DNA of 62,477 nt from an uncultured Ilumatobacter sp. (GTDB lineage Bacteria; Actinomycetota; Acidimicrobiia; Acidimicrobiales; Ilumatobacteraceae), in the NCBI GenBank assembly GCA_938044705.1, contig CALIOL010000028.1:1-62477 (forward strand). Direction: 5' to 3'. The notes beneath the pieces were generated by a model. The model was not told where the DNA came from, ran no database searches, and saw nothing but the letters and a program-made list of their open reading frames with translations. Position numbers and translations under genes: made by a program. Below, in pieces: positions 27,907-36,871 of this stretch (positions are counted from its first letter, which is position 1; every line of letters begins with the position of its first letter).

Positions 27907-29121
27907 GTGACGGACGTGACCGAGGCCGAGGCTCCAACGAGCGAGCCTCGTAGCGAGCGTCACGTGGTCGCATTTCTGGCCTTCATCGGCGTGTTGATGG
28001 CGTTCGGGATCGACGCAGCGCTCCCGGCGTTCGACGAGCTGCGGGCCGAGTTCGACCTCGACGCGCGTGGGATCAGCGCGGCGGTGACGGGCACGACGTA
28101 CTTCGCCGGGATGGCGATCGGCCAGCTGCTGTGCGGCGTACTCGCCGACCGCTTCGGCCGGCGGCCGATCCTTGTCGCCGGACTCGCGCTCTACGCGGTT
28201 GCCGCTGCGGCGAGCGCTGCCGCTCCCACGCTGGAGACCCTGCTGATCGCTCGCTTCATCTGGGGTCTCGGTGCCTCCGCCCCGTCGGTGCTCCGGTTCG
28301 CGATCGCTCGCGATCTGTATTCGGGCGACCGGATGGCGAGGGTGGTCTCGATCTTCATGGCCGTGTTCCTGATCGGGCCGATCCTCGTGCCGTTTGTCGG
28401 AGAGGGGATTCTTGCGGTCGGTTCCTGGAGGACGGTGTTCGTCGGCGGCGTCTTGCTGTCCGTGGTAGCGATCGGTTGGACCATACGATTCGGCGAGACC
28501 ATGGAAGTCGCCAACCGGCGTCCGATCGAATTGGCTTCCTTCGGCGAGGCGTTCGGTGCTGTCGCCCGCACCCCGCAGACGCTGTGGGCCCTGATCGGAT
28601 CGACGCTCTTCACCGCGCAGTTCTTCGTGTGGCTCGGCAGCGCCGAGCCAGCGATCTCTGGGATCTTCGATCGCGACGATCAGTTCACGCTCTTCTTCGG
28701 TCTATCCGGCGCTGGTATGGCCGTGGCACTGCTGGCGAACAACCGGCTGATCGATCACTTCGGTATCCGTCGAATGCTGCGCACCGCGTCGATCGTGCAC
28801 GTGGCGGCTTCGCTGATCGGTTTGGGTGTGGTGTTGAGCGCAGACGGAGTGCCGTCGATCTGGCCGTGGTTCGCCTGGGCCGTCGTCGTCAATGCGATGA
28901 CCATGGTGGCCGGGCCGATGTCGTCAGCGCTCGCTCTGGAGCCGATGGAAGCGAAGGCGGGCACGGTCAGCGCCATCCTCGGTCTCAGTCAGCTCGGAGT
29001 CGGCGCATTGTTTGCCGCGGTGGTCGACGCTCAGGTGGACACCACGGTCACCCCGATGCTCGTGGGGGCGCTGCTCTTCGGGGTCCCGGGGCTCGTCGCC
29101 CTCCGTCTCGCGACGCGCTGA
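27907..29121 (+). CDS. MFS transporter, Bcr/CflA-like
   Basis: FGIDAALPAF, G.LADRFGRRP, ARF.WGLG and ARDLYSG motifs; about 12 TM. Confidence 0.9.
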   Translation: MTDVTEAEAPTSEPRSERHVVAFLAFIGVLMAFGIDAALPAFDELRAEFDLDARGISAAVTGTTYFAGMAIGQLLCGVLADRFGRRPILVAGLALYAVAAAASAAAPTLETLLIARFIWGLGASAPSVLRFAIARDLYSGDRMARVVSIFMAVFLIGPILVPFVGEGILAVGSWRTVFVGGVLLSVVAIGWTIRFGETMEVANRRPIELASFGEAFGAVARTPQTLWALIGSTLFTAQFFVWLGSAEPAISGIFDRDDQFTLFFGLSGAGMAVALLANNRLIDHFGIRRMLRTASIVHVAASLIGLGVVLSADGVPSIWPWFAWAVVVNAMTMVAGPMSSALALEPMEAKAGTVSAILGLSQLGVGALFAAVVDAQVDTTVTPMLVGALLFGVPGLVALRLATR

Positions 29122-29122
29122 C

Positions 29123-30679
29123 TCAACCGACAGCGTCGGGCATCTCGGACTTGCGGCGACCGACGAAGTCGAGGAGTTCGGCGTCGATCGCGTCGTCGAG
29201 CGCCGGTGGCTCGTACGTCGCCAGTGATTCCTTCCATGCGGCATTCGCTCGGTCGGCGGCGGAGGTTCCACCGTCTTCGGTCCACTGCTCGAAGCTCGAG
29301 TTGTCTGCGATCGTCGAGCGGTAGAACGCGGTCTCGAAGTTGGCGAACGTGTGGGCGGTGCCGAGGAAGTGTTCGCCGGGGGAGTGCGAAAGGAACGCGT
29401 CGACACCCTGGCCGTTCTCGCTCATGTCGAGACCCTGGCCGAGCTTCATCATCATGCCGAGTTGATCGACGTCCATCATGAACTTCTCGTAGCCGAACGC
29501 GAGACCACCTTCCATCCAGCCGGCCGCGTGCAGCACGAAGTTGACGCCGGCCATCACGGTCGGGATGATCGTCGCAGCCGACTCATAGGCGGCCTGAGCG
29601 TCGGGCACCTTCGATGCGGTCATCGAACCACCGGAACGGAAGGGAACGCCGAGGCGACGAGCGAGCGCCGCAACCGTGTACAGCACGATCGCCGGCTCGG
29701 GCGTGCCGAAGGTGGGGGCGCCCGTCGCCATCGACATCGACGACGCGAAGGAACCGAACACGACGGGCGCACCGGGACGTACGAGCTGGCAGAAGGCCAT
29801 GCCGGCGAGGGCCTCAGCGAGCGTCTGGGCGGCGACGGCGGCTGCGGTCGTCGGGGCCATCGCACCGGACAAGATGAACGGCGAGATGATGCACGCTTGG
29901 TTCGCCATCGCGTAGGTCTCGGCCGCAGCGAGCATCGTGTCGTCCCACACGAGCGGTGACGATGCGTTGATCAGCGATGACATCACCGTCCGCTCGACCC
30001 CGTGCTCGTCGCGGAGATCGCCGCCGAACGCGATCCGTGCCATCTCGATCGAGTCGGTGGCACGCTCGCCTGCGGTCACCGACCCCATGAATGGCTTGTC
30101 GCTGTACTTGAGGTGGGCGTACACCATGTCGAGATGGCGCTTGTTGACGGGGATGTCGACGGGCTCGCAGACGGTCCCACCTGAGTGATGGATGTGGGGC
30201 GCCATGTACGCGAGCTTCACGACGTTCTCGAAGTCGTCGATGGTTGCGTACCGTCGACCGTTGTCCTGGTCGTAGACGAATGGCGATCCGTAGTTCGGTG
30301 CGAAGACGGTGTTGTCGCCACCGATCTCGACACTGTTCATCGGGTTGCGGGCGTGCTGGGTGTACTGGCTCGGAGCGGAGTCCTGCACGATCTTGCGGCA
30401 GAGCCCGCGAGGGAATCGCACCCGGATGCCGTCCACCTCGGCGCCCGCTTCTTTCCAACGCTCGAGTGCGGTGGGGTAGTCGCGGAACTCGATACCGACC
30501 TGTTCCAGGATGGTGTCGGCATTGTGCTCGATCTGCTCGAGTTGTTCGTCGACGACGAGTTCGTAGGGCTTGATGCGGCGAGTCAGATACGCGGGAACGG
30601 GTGATGCGGAGGCAGCCCGCGTGGCTGCACGACCTGCACGTCCGCCACCTCGTCGGCCACCACGTCGTTCTTCGCTCAT
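29123..30679 (-). CDS. MttB-superfamily (non-pyrrolysine) methyltransferase
   Basis: ILEQVGIEF, SDKPFMGSVT, NASSPLVWD, GAPTFGTPE and NFVLHAAGW motifs; no in-frame TAG. Confidence 0.92.
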   Translation of the reverse strand: MSEERRGGRRGGGRAGRAATRAASASPVPAYLTRRIKPYELVVDEQLEQIEHNADTILEQVGIEFRDYPTALERWKEAGAEVDGIRVRFPRGLCRKIVQDSAPSQYTQHARNPMNSVEIGGDNTVFAPNYGSPFVYDQDNGRRYATIDDFENVVKLAYMAPHIHHSGGTVCEPVDIPVNKRHLDMVYAHLKYSDKPFMGSVTAGERATDSIEMARIAFGGDLRDEHGVERTVMSSLINASSPLVWDDTMLAAAETYAMANQACIISPFILSGAMAPTTAAAVAAQTLAEALAGMAFCQLVRPGAPVVFGSFASSMSMATGAPTFGTPEPAIVLYTVAALARRLGVPFRSGGSMTASKVPDAQAAYESAATIIPTVMAGVNFVLHAAGWMEGGLAFGYEKFMMDVDQLGMMMKLGQGLDMSENGQGVDAFLSHSPGEHFLGTAHTFANFETAFYRSTIADNSSFEQWTEDGGTSAADRANAAWKESLATYEPPALDDAIDAELLDFVGRRKSEMPDAVG

Positions 30680-30704
30680 GTCAATCCCCTGGTGTTCGCT
30701 CGGT

Positions 30705-30739
30705 GTTCCACAATTCGGAACAGTTCCATATTACAGAAC
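30705..30739. promoter_or_regulatory. tandem IclR-type operators
   Basis: GTTCCA-CAATT-CGGAAC (30705-30721) and GTTCCA-TATTA-CAGAAC (30723-30739). Confidence 0.7.
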
Positions 30740-30761
30740 CGGCGACGGCGCGATGACGGCG

Positions 30762-32780
30762 CTATGAGCGGGCGCGACGGCGACCGGTGCGTTGTCTGGC
30801 TCCCGTTCCCGCCGCACGTACCTGAGCGGCCGGAAGGTCCGTTTCGGTCGCAAGGTTGGGGGTCGGTTCGGTGGTGTGCGGAAAGCCCATCGCGTTGACG
30901 AAAAGCTCTTGGAATCGAGCCTCCATGGCGGTCTCGATCTTCTCGACGCGGCGGACCGTCTCCTCGATCTCCGTGCGCTGTGCGTGAGACAACAATGCCC
31001 GAGCCGCACCCGCGCCCGCCGCGTTGCCGACCGAGCTGACCTGTGCCACCGGTGCGTCAGGAACCAGGCCGAGCACCTTCGCGTACAGCGGATCGATGTG
31101 CGCACCGAACGCCCCGGCGAGTCGGATCGACGCGATCGCGTTCGGGTCCGTGGTGCCGTGGTGCTCGCAGAGCAGGTCGATGCCAGCTCGCAGCGCCGCC
31201 TTTGCGAGTTGGATCGCCCGAACGTCATCCTGGGTCACGTTGATGTTCTCGGCCGGATCGTCTGAGTCGCCGAACAGTCGGTACGAGAACGTTCGCCCGT
31301 CTGCGAACACCCGGTCGGTCTTCGTGGGTCCGTCCGACCGGATGGTGCCGTCGACGTCGATCAGGCCTGCCAGGAACAGTTCGCCCATCACTTCGATGAT
31401 GCCCGAACCGCAGATGCCCGAGATCTCGAGCTTCATGGTCTGCATCTCGAACAACGCATCGTCGGACCAGACGTCGGCGCCGATCACCTTCACCCTGGGT
31501 TCCAGGGTGTCACGGTCGATGCGGACGCGCTCGATCGCTCCCGCCGTCGCTCGCTGGCCTGCGGAGATCTGGGCGCCTTCGAACGCGGGCCCCGTGGGGG
31601 AGGAGGCAGCCAGCAGGTGCGTCGCGTTGCCGAACACGATCTCTGCGTTCGTGCCGACATCGACCAGCAACTGCAGCTCGTCGGAGCGGTGCGGGCCCTC
31701 CGCCAGGATCGCCCCAGCGGTGTCCGCTCCCACGTGCCCGGCGATGCACGGCAGGAGGTACACCTTGCTGAAGCGAGCGTCGAGGTCCAGGTCGACGGCG
31801 TCGACGACGACGGCGCTGTCCGTGGCGAGCAGGAACGGCGCCTGACCGAGCGGGGTCGGGTCGATCCCGAGGATCACGTGATGCATGATCGGGTTCCCGA
31901 CGATGGACATGTCGAGAATCGAGTCCCGGGTGAACGACTCTCCGTGTTGGTCGTTCGCCTCGTCGAGCAGGTCGCCGACCATCGCATCGAGGCCCGTGCG
32001 GATCGCGTGCGTCAGCTCGACGTCGCCGCCTGGATTCATCATCACGTAGGACACCCGCGACATGAGGTCGTCACCGAAGCGGATCTGCGGATTCATCACC
32101 CCATCGGTGGCGAGCACCTCGCCGGAGGCCAGGTCGATCAGGTGGCCGGCAACGGTCGTCGAGCCGACGTCGACCGCGATGCCGAGCGCCCGATCGATGA
32201 ACCCGGCGTAGACGCCGCAGACCTCGTGGCCATGCCGCACCGCAACCGTGATCGAGTTCTCGCCGGCCTTGAGTGCAGGTGCCAGAAGCGGCAGCACGGT
32301 GGCATCGATTCGTGACACGGTCACGGCGTAGTCGTCAGCGAGGCGTTCGCTGATCTGTTCGCTCACGCCGCGCAGGTCGGAGGTCAGCTCGGCTTTGGCC
32401 AGCTCGACATAGTGCAGTCGCACGGTCGGGTCGATGTCGATGTCGCCGACGTCGACCGTCTTGCGCACGACCTGTTTGTGCACCTGGCTCGCCGAGGGGA
32501 TCTCGACCTTCAGGTCGCCGCACACCTGTGCAGCGCAACCGAGCCGTTGGGCCTCGGCGATGGGTCGACGTCCGGTGTACTCCTCTTCGGTCGACGTCCA
32601 CGGCGTGAGCGCGTCGAGGTTCGTCGGCACGACCTGGCATCGCCCGCAGAGGCCGCGTCCACCGCACGTGGAGTCCAGATCGGCGCCCGCAGTGCGGGCG
32701 GCGTCGAGCACGGTCGTTCCCGCATCGACGGTGACCGACAGCCCCGATGGCGCGAACTCGACCCGATGCTGCTCGCTCAT
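30762..32780 (-). CDS. RACo/RamA-like corrinoid reductive activator (2Fe-2S + ASKHA)
   Basis: CGGRGLCGRC...LGC ferredoxin domain; DVGSTT, DVGTNAE, GPAFEG, GICGSG and LAGAFG motifs. Confidence 0.92.
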   Translation of the reverse strand: MSEQHRVEFAPSGLSVTVDAGTTVLDAARTAGADLDSTCGGRGLCGRCQVVPTNLDALTPWTSTEEEYTGRRPIAEAQRLGCAAQVCGDLKVEIPSASQVHKQVVRKTVDVGDIDIDPTVRLHYVELAKAELTSDLRGVSEQISERLADDYAVTVSRIDATVLPLLAPALKAGENSITVAVRHGHEVCGVYAGFIDRALGIAVDVGSTTVAGHLIDLASGEVLATDGVMNPQIRFGDDLMSRVSYVMMNPGGDVELTHAIRTGLDAMVGDLLDEANDQHGESFTRDSILDMSIVGNPIMHHVILGIDPTPLGQAPFLLATDSAVVVDAVDLDLDARFSKVYLLPCIAGHVGADTAGAILAEGPHRSDELQLLVDVGTNAEIVFGNATHLLAASSPTGPAFEGAQISAGQRATAGAIERVRIDRDTLEPRVKVIGADVWSDDALFEMQTMKLEISGICGSGIIEVMGELFLAGLIDVDGTIRSDGPTKTDRVFADGRTFSYRLFGDSDDPAENINVTQDDVRAIQLAKAALRAGIDLLCEHHGTTDPNAIASIRLAGAFGAHIDPLYAKVLGLVPDAPVAQVSSVGNAAGAGAARALLSHAQRTEIEETVRRVEKIETAMEARFQELFVNAMGFPHTTEPTPNLATETDLPAAQVRAAGTGARQRTGRRRARS

Positions 32781-32956
32781 GGGGCCGTCGTCATCCCATC
32801 AGAATGTGGAGCGATCGTGGCGATGGGCGTCAGGATCCCTCCACATTCGCGCAGGCGCAGGCGCAGTGGCAGGGGCTGGGGGCGGGGGAAGGGAAGGGGG
32901 AGGGCGTTGGCGACGGTGAGGTCGAGCTCGTGGGCGGGTGGTTCGCAGGTGGCCAT
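32777..32956 (-). CDS. possible 59-aa low-complexity ORF coupled to both neighbours
   Basis: Its ATG overlaps the MeTr stop (TGATG) and its stop overlaps the RACo start (ATGA); MATCEPPAHELDL...PLPFPRPQPLPLRLRLRECGG. Confidence 0.35.
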   Translation of the reverse strand: MATCEPPAHELDLTVANALPLPFPRPQPLPLRLRLRECGGILTPIATIAPHSDGMTTAP

Positions 32957-33885
32957 CAGGAACCTTCGACGCGGGCGCGGCGACCGCCGCGACGCTTCGG
33001 TGCGCCACCGCCAGCTTCGGCCGAACCGCTCGCAGCCTGACCACCTTCGCGGTTCTCGGAGATCCAGGCCCCGCAGTCCTGATCGTGGCCCATCAGCACG
33101 TCGGCGGCCTTCACGGCCCCCTTCACCTCGGCGTGGAGTGGGCTCATGATCGCAGAGGTCATCCCGTTCGAGATCGCCATCGACAAGAAGGTGCCCGTGA
33201 TGACGTTTCGGTTCGGGAGACCGAAGCTCACGTTCGACGCGCCGCACGTCGTGTTCACCTTCAGCTCGGTCTGCAACCGACGCAGTAGCGCGAACACCTG
33301 GCGCCCGGCCTGGCCCATTGCGCCGATCGGCATGACCAGTGGGTCGACGACCACGTCTGACGACGGGATGCCGTGGTCCGCAGCTCGGTTGACAATCTTC
33401 TTGGCGACCTCGAACCGGACGTCGGGATCTTCCGAGATGCCGGTCTCGTCGTTCGAGATCGCCACCACTGCGGCGCCGTACTTCTTGACGAGCGGGAGCA
33501 CGCGCTCCATCTGCTCGTCTTCGCCCGTGACGGAGTTGATGAGCGGCTTGCCCTGGTACACGGCGCAGCCGGCTTCGAGGGCTTCGACGATCGAGGAGTC
33601 GATCGACAGCGGTACGTCGGTGACGGATTGAACGAGCTGGATGGCCTGCGCCAACAGCGCGGGTTCATCAGCGAGCGGAATGCCGGCGTTGACGTCGAGC
33701 ATCTGCGCGCCGGCGGCGACCTGCGCGATCGCGTCGGCAGACACCCGGTCGAAGTTGCCTTCCTTCATCTCCGCGGCGAGGAGCTTGCGGCCCGTCGGGT
33801 TGATCCGCTCACCGATCATCACGAACGGACGATCGAAGCCGATGACCACTTCCTTGGTTGCTGAGCTGATGATGGTGTCGGTCAC
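32956..33885 (-). CDS. methyltetrahydrofolate:corrinoid methyltransferase (pterin-binding, AcsE/MeTr-like)
   Basis: IGERINPTGRK, LDVNAG, PLSIDSS, LINSV, DPLVMP and GASNVSFGLP motifs; GTGA coupling. Confidence 0.92.
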   Translation of the reverse strand: MTDTIISSATKEVVIGFDRPFVMIGERINPTGRKLLAAEMKEGNFDRVSADAIAQVAAGAQMLDVNAGIPLADEPALLAQAIQLVQSVTDVPLSIDSSIVEALEAGCAVYQGKPLINSVTGEDEQMERVLPLVKKYGAAVVAISNDETGISEDPDVRFEVAKKIVNRAADHGIPSSDVVVDPLVMPIGAMGQAGRQVFALLRRLQTELKVNTTCGASNVSFGLPNRNVITGTFLSMAISNGMTSAIMSPLHAEVKGAVKAADVLMGHDQDCGAWISENREGGQAASGSAEAGGGAPKRRGGRRARVEGS

Positions 33886-34436
33886 AAGGAGTCCTCGTCG
33901 TTTGTCTGGTCGTGTTCGGAGTGATTGGTCGGATCGGTCGATTCGAGTTCTTCGATGGTCGGCGCCGAGTTGTCGACGACGTCGCCGACGCCAGCGGCTG
34001 CGCGCCCGTCGCCGGACGCAGGCTCGAGCCCGCCGTTCGCGACCAGTGCCTCGAGTCGATCGCGCGGGTAGGCGGATTCGAGCTCCGCACATTGTTGGTC
34101 CAGCTTGGCAGCGACGTCGCCGGCACCGAGCGGTTGTGAGGCAGTGCGCCACTCTTGTACGTAGTCGTGGGTGGTCGTGAGTCCCGCGACCGCTGCTGCG
34201 CGATCGATGGCGTGCTGGAAGCGCGCGTGCAACAGCACCTTGTGCTGTTCGTCGCCGGCGCGAGCGGTCAGCTGCGCCGGGATGTCGCGCCACGAGATCG
34301 TCGACACCGAAGGGCCGGTGCTGCGGCGGCGCCCACCTCGTCCGGCTGTGCGGCGCTCGCGCATGGTTCCCTGGTCCGGCCCGAGGGCCGCACCTTCAGC
34401 GGTGATGTCCGATGAGCTGCTGGCTTCGTCGTTCAC
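33882..34436 (-). CDS. 'virulence factor' domain protein (methyltransferase-cluster associated)
   Basis: WRDIPAQ...L.ARFQ.AIDRAA...DY..EWR; GTG 34436 overlaps the DUF1638 stop (alternative ATG at 34364). Confidence 0.82.
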   Translation of the reverse strand: MNDEASSSSDITAEGAALGPDQGTMRERRTAGRGGRRRSTGPSVSTISWRDIPAQLTARAGDEQHKVLLHARFQHAIDRAAAVAGLTTTHDYVQEWRTASQPLGAGDVAAKLDQQCAELESAYPRDRLEALVANGGLEPASGDGRAAAGVGDVVDNSAPTIEELESTDPTNHSEHDQTNDEDSL

Positions 34437-35152
34437 TTCGTTGCTCCCGTCAGTTCGACCATGGTGGTCTCCAACTCTCCATATCCGGTGTGTTCCACGA
34501 CCATTGTCAGCCCGAGGCGTTCGGCACCTGCGCGAGCGAGTTCGAGGATCTCCGGGTCGTCGGTCTGGGCGAGGTAGACCAGCCGCGTGTAGTTCCCGAA
34601 GTACATCGGGAGGAGTTCGGGGTGCCGATCCAGACCGAGACCCTTCCACACCATGCGGTCGAAGTGGCGTGCGAGAAAGTCGGTCAAGTAGAAGGAGCCG
34701 ATCTCGGCGTCTTGAATCTCGGCGAACCGTGGGGCGGTCGCGAAGAACTGGTAGCAGTGTGCACCCGACAGCATCTCCACGCCTTCCTCCTCACACACCT
34801 GCTGCAGTAGGCCGCCTGTGCCGCAGTCCGCATAGGCCACGAACACCGACTCGAAGCGCGAGTCGTCGGTCGAATCGGAGTCCGTGACGACCCGGACCTC
34901 GTCATCGACGGGGTCGCTGAGTGCGAGGTCGTGAGCGACCGGTGTCGCGGCCGTCGCCGAGTCGGCGCGTCGGGCGCGATGGATCCGAGCTCTCACGGCC
35001 TCCGGGATCTCCTTGGGCCGGTTGTGGAGCGCGGCAGGAAGGCACTCGATCGTCACGTTGTCGAGGCCGTTCAGCTTCACGATCGCGATCAGTTCGCGTG
35101 CGAGGGCTCCACAAGCAATGACGAGTGTGCGCGCCGGAGCGGCTTCGATCAT
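34433..35152 (-). CDS. DUF1638 protein
   Basis: VIACGALARE, LHNRP, YADCGT, HCY, FYLTDFL and YFGNY motifs. Confidence 0.88.
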   Translation of the reverse strand: MIEAAPARTLVIACGALARELIAIVKLNGLDNVTIECLPAALHNRPKEIPEAVRARIHRARRADSATAATPVAHDLALSDPVDDEVRVVTDSDSTDDSRFESVFVAYADCGTGGLLQQVCEEEGVEMLSGAHCYQFFATAPRFAEIQDAEIGSFYLTDFLARHFDRMVWKGLGLDRHPELLPMYFGNYTRLVYLAQTDDPEILELARAGAERLGLTMVVEHTGYGELETTMVELTGATK

Positions 35153-35156
35153 GTCG

Positions 35157-35903
35157 TCAGGCGGGAACCGAGGGGCCGGCAGGTTCGTGTTTGCCGCGGC
35201 GTGCGAGCACGAGTTGCTTGGCCATCTCGGAAGCGACCGCAGCGTCGCGGCAGTAGCCGTCTGCGCCGATGGCGTCACCGAACTCCTGGTTGAGCGGTGC
35301 ACCGCCGACGAGGATGATCTGATCGTCGCGTCGACCCTTCTCCTGGAGGGTGTCGATCACGACCTTCATGTACGGCATCGTCGTCGTCAGGAGAGCGGAC
35401 ATCCCGAGGATGTCCGGCTTGTGCTCATCGAGCGCCGCGATGAACTCGTCGACGTCGGTGTTGATGCCGAGATCGACGACCTCGAAGCCGGCGCCTTCGA
35501 GCATCATCGCAACGAGGTTCTTGCCGATGTCGTGGATGTCGCCCTTGACGGTGCCGATCACGACGGTGCCGATCGACTCGACGCCGGTTTCGGCGAGCAG
35601 CGGACGAAGGATGGCCATGCCTGCCTTCATCGCGTTCGCGGAGAGCAGGACCTCGGGAACGAACAGAATGCCGTCGCGGAAGTCGTCGCCGACGATCTTC
35701 ATGCCGGCAACGAGTGCGTCGTTGAGCACCTTCTCGGCGCTCCAGCCGCGATCCAGCAGAATCGTGGTGCCTTCGGCGATCTCTTCTTTCAGTCCGTCGT
35801 AGAGATCGTCGTGCATCTGCAGCGTGAGATCTTCGTCGCCGAGGAGTGCGAGGTCGATCTCGTCTTCGCCGTCGTCCGGTGCGTCGTTGTCGACGTCAGT
35901 CAT
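35157..35903 (-). CDS. stand-alone corrinoid (B12-binding) protein
   Basis: Cap domain GM.IVG..F..G.LFVPEV; GDIHDIGKN, SALLTTT and VGGA motifs. Confidence 0.95.
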   Translation of the reverse strand: MTDVDNDAPDDGEDEIDLALLGDEDLTLQMHDDLYDGLKEEIAEGTTILLDRGWSAEKVLNDALVAGMKIVGDDFRDGILFVPEVLLSANAMKAGMAILRPLLAETGVESIGTVVIGTVKGDIHDIGKNLVAMMLEGAGFEVVDLGINTDVDEFIAALDEHKPDILGMSALLTTTMPYMKVVIDTLQEKGRRDDQIILVGGAPLNQEFGDAIGADGYCRDAAVASEMAKQLVLARRGKHEPAGPSVPA

Positions 35904-35963
35904 CGTGAACCCCCAGAGGTGGAGTGAGCCCGTCGCCCGATCACGTGACCGAGCCATCGGGAT

Positions 35964-35998
35964 GTTCCGTCATGCGGAACCGTACCGTATAGTGAAAC
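35964..35998. promoter_or_regulatory. tandem IclR-type operators
   Basis: GTTCCG-TCATG-CGGAAC (35964-35980) and degenerate GTACCG-TATAG-TGAAAC (35982-35998). Confidence 0.7.
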
Positions 35999-36072
35999 AG
36001 CACGCCAGACCCCTCTGGGTCGACTCCTCTGAGCGGCGTGGCCCCACCCTACAGCCCCGCGGAGCGCACGAA

Positions 36073-36822
36073 ATGTCTGGAGTGCAATCGATCGAACGAG
36101 CATTCTCGATTCTTCGGGTCTTGGCGCGCGGGCCGCTGGGCGTCACCGAGATCGCCGATCGAGCAGAGCTTCCGAAGTCGACCGTGTCTCGCTTGCTGAA
36201 CGCGCTCGAAGCTGAGGGAGCGGTCGAGCAGGTCGAAGCAGGTGGTGGGTACTCGGTCGGGTCGGCGCTTGCCACCCTCGGGGCGAGCAGTAACCCGAGC
36301 GCAGGGCTGCGTTCCGTGGTTCGGCCGTTCATCGAGGAACTCGCCATGCTCACCGGAGGCAGCGCCGGTTTCACGATTCGCGAGGGTGACACCGCCTACT
36401 GGGTCGACGATGTCGACGACGGCGACGAACTCGTGAAGCTCGCAGACCAGACCGGTCAATCGTTCGCGATGCACACCATTCCGAGTGGCTTCGCGATGCT
36501 CGCTCGCTTCTCGACTGACGCCCTGGAAGAGTATTTGGCGAGCGAGCGCGTGTCTGCCGACGGAGAGCCGCTCGACGTCGATGAGCTGCGTCGCCGCGTC
36601 GGCCGCGTCGGCTTCGATGGTGTCGTCGTCTCCAGGGAGGAGTTCGACGCTGGCGTCAACGCCGTCGCCGCACCCTTCCGCGGCCCCGATGGTGAATGGG
36701 TCGGAGCGCTGTATCTCCAAGGACCATCGTTCCGGTTCCCGGAGGACGGCGACGAGCGTCGCGTGGTGAAGCTGGTCAGCGAAGCCGCGATGCAGCTGAG
36801 TGAGCGTCTCGTCGCGAGCTAG
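36073..36822 (+). CDS. IclR-family transcriptional regulator
   Basis: VQSIERAFSIL, EIA...LPKSTVSRLL HTH and GVNAVAAP motifs. Confidence 0.93.
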   Translation: MSGVQSIERAFSILRVLARGPLGVTEIADRAELPKSTVSRLLNALEAEGAVEQVEAGGGYSVGSALATLGASSNPSAGLRSVVRPFIEELAMLTGGSAGFTIREGDTAYWVDDVDDGDELVKLADQTGQSFAMHTIPSGFAMLARFSTDALEEYLASERVSADGEPLDVDELRRRVGRVGFDGVVVSREEFDAGVNAVAAPFRGPDGEWVGALYLQGPSFRFPEDGDERRVVKLVSEAAMQLSERLVAS

Positions 36823-36871
36823 GCCCACGACCGGTCGACGGTGTCGGCCCGCGTGACATGATTGTCAGCGA

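Noticed and set aside
26803-27963. Two separate ORFs or a nonsense pseudogene
   Set aside because: The TGA sits at the catalytic Cys position and is followed by a SECIS-like hairpin, so selenocysteine read-through explains it better.
29123-30679. Pyrrolysine-containing trimethylamine methyltransferase
   Set aside because: There is no in-frame TAG and no pyl genes in the window.
33882-34436. 'Virulence factor' as a pathogenicity gene
   Set aside because: The name is only a family label; the context is a corrinoid methyltransferase operon.
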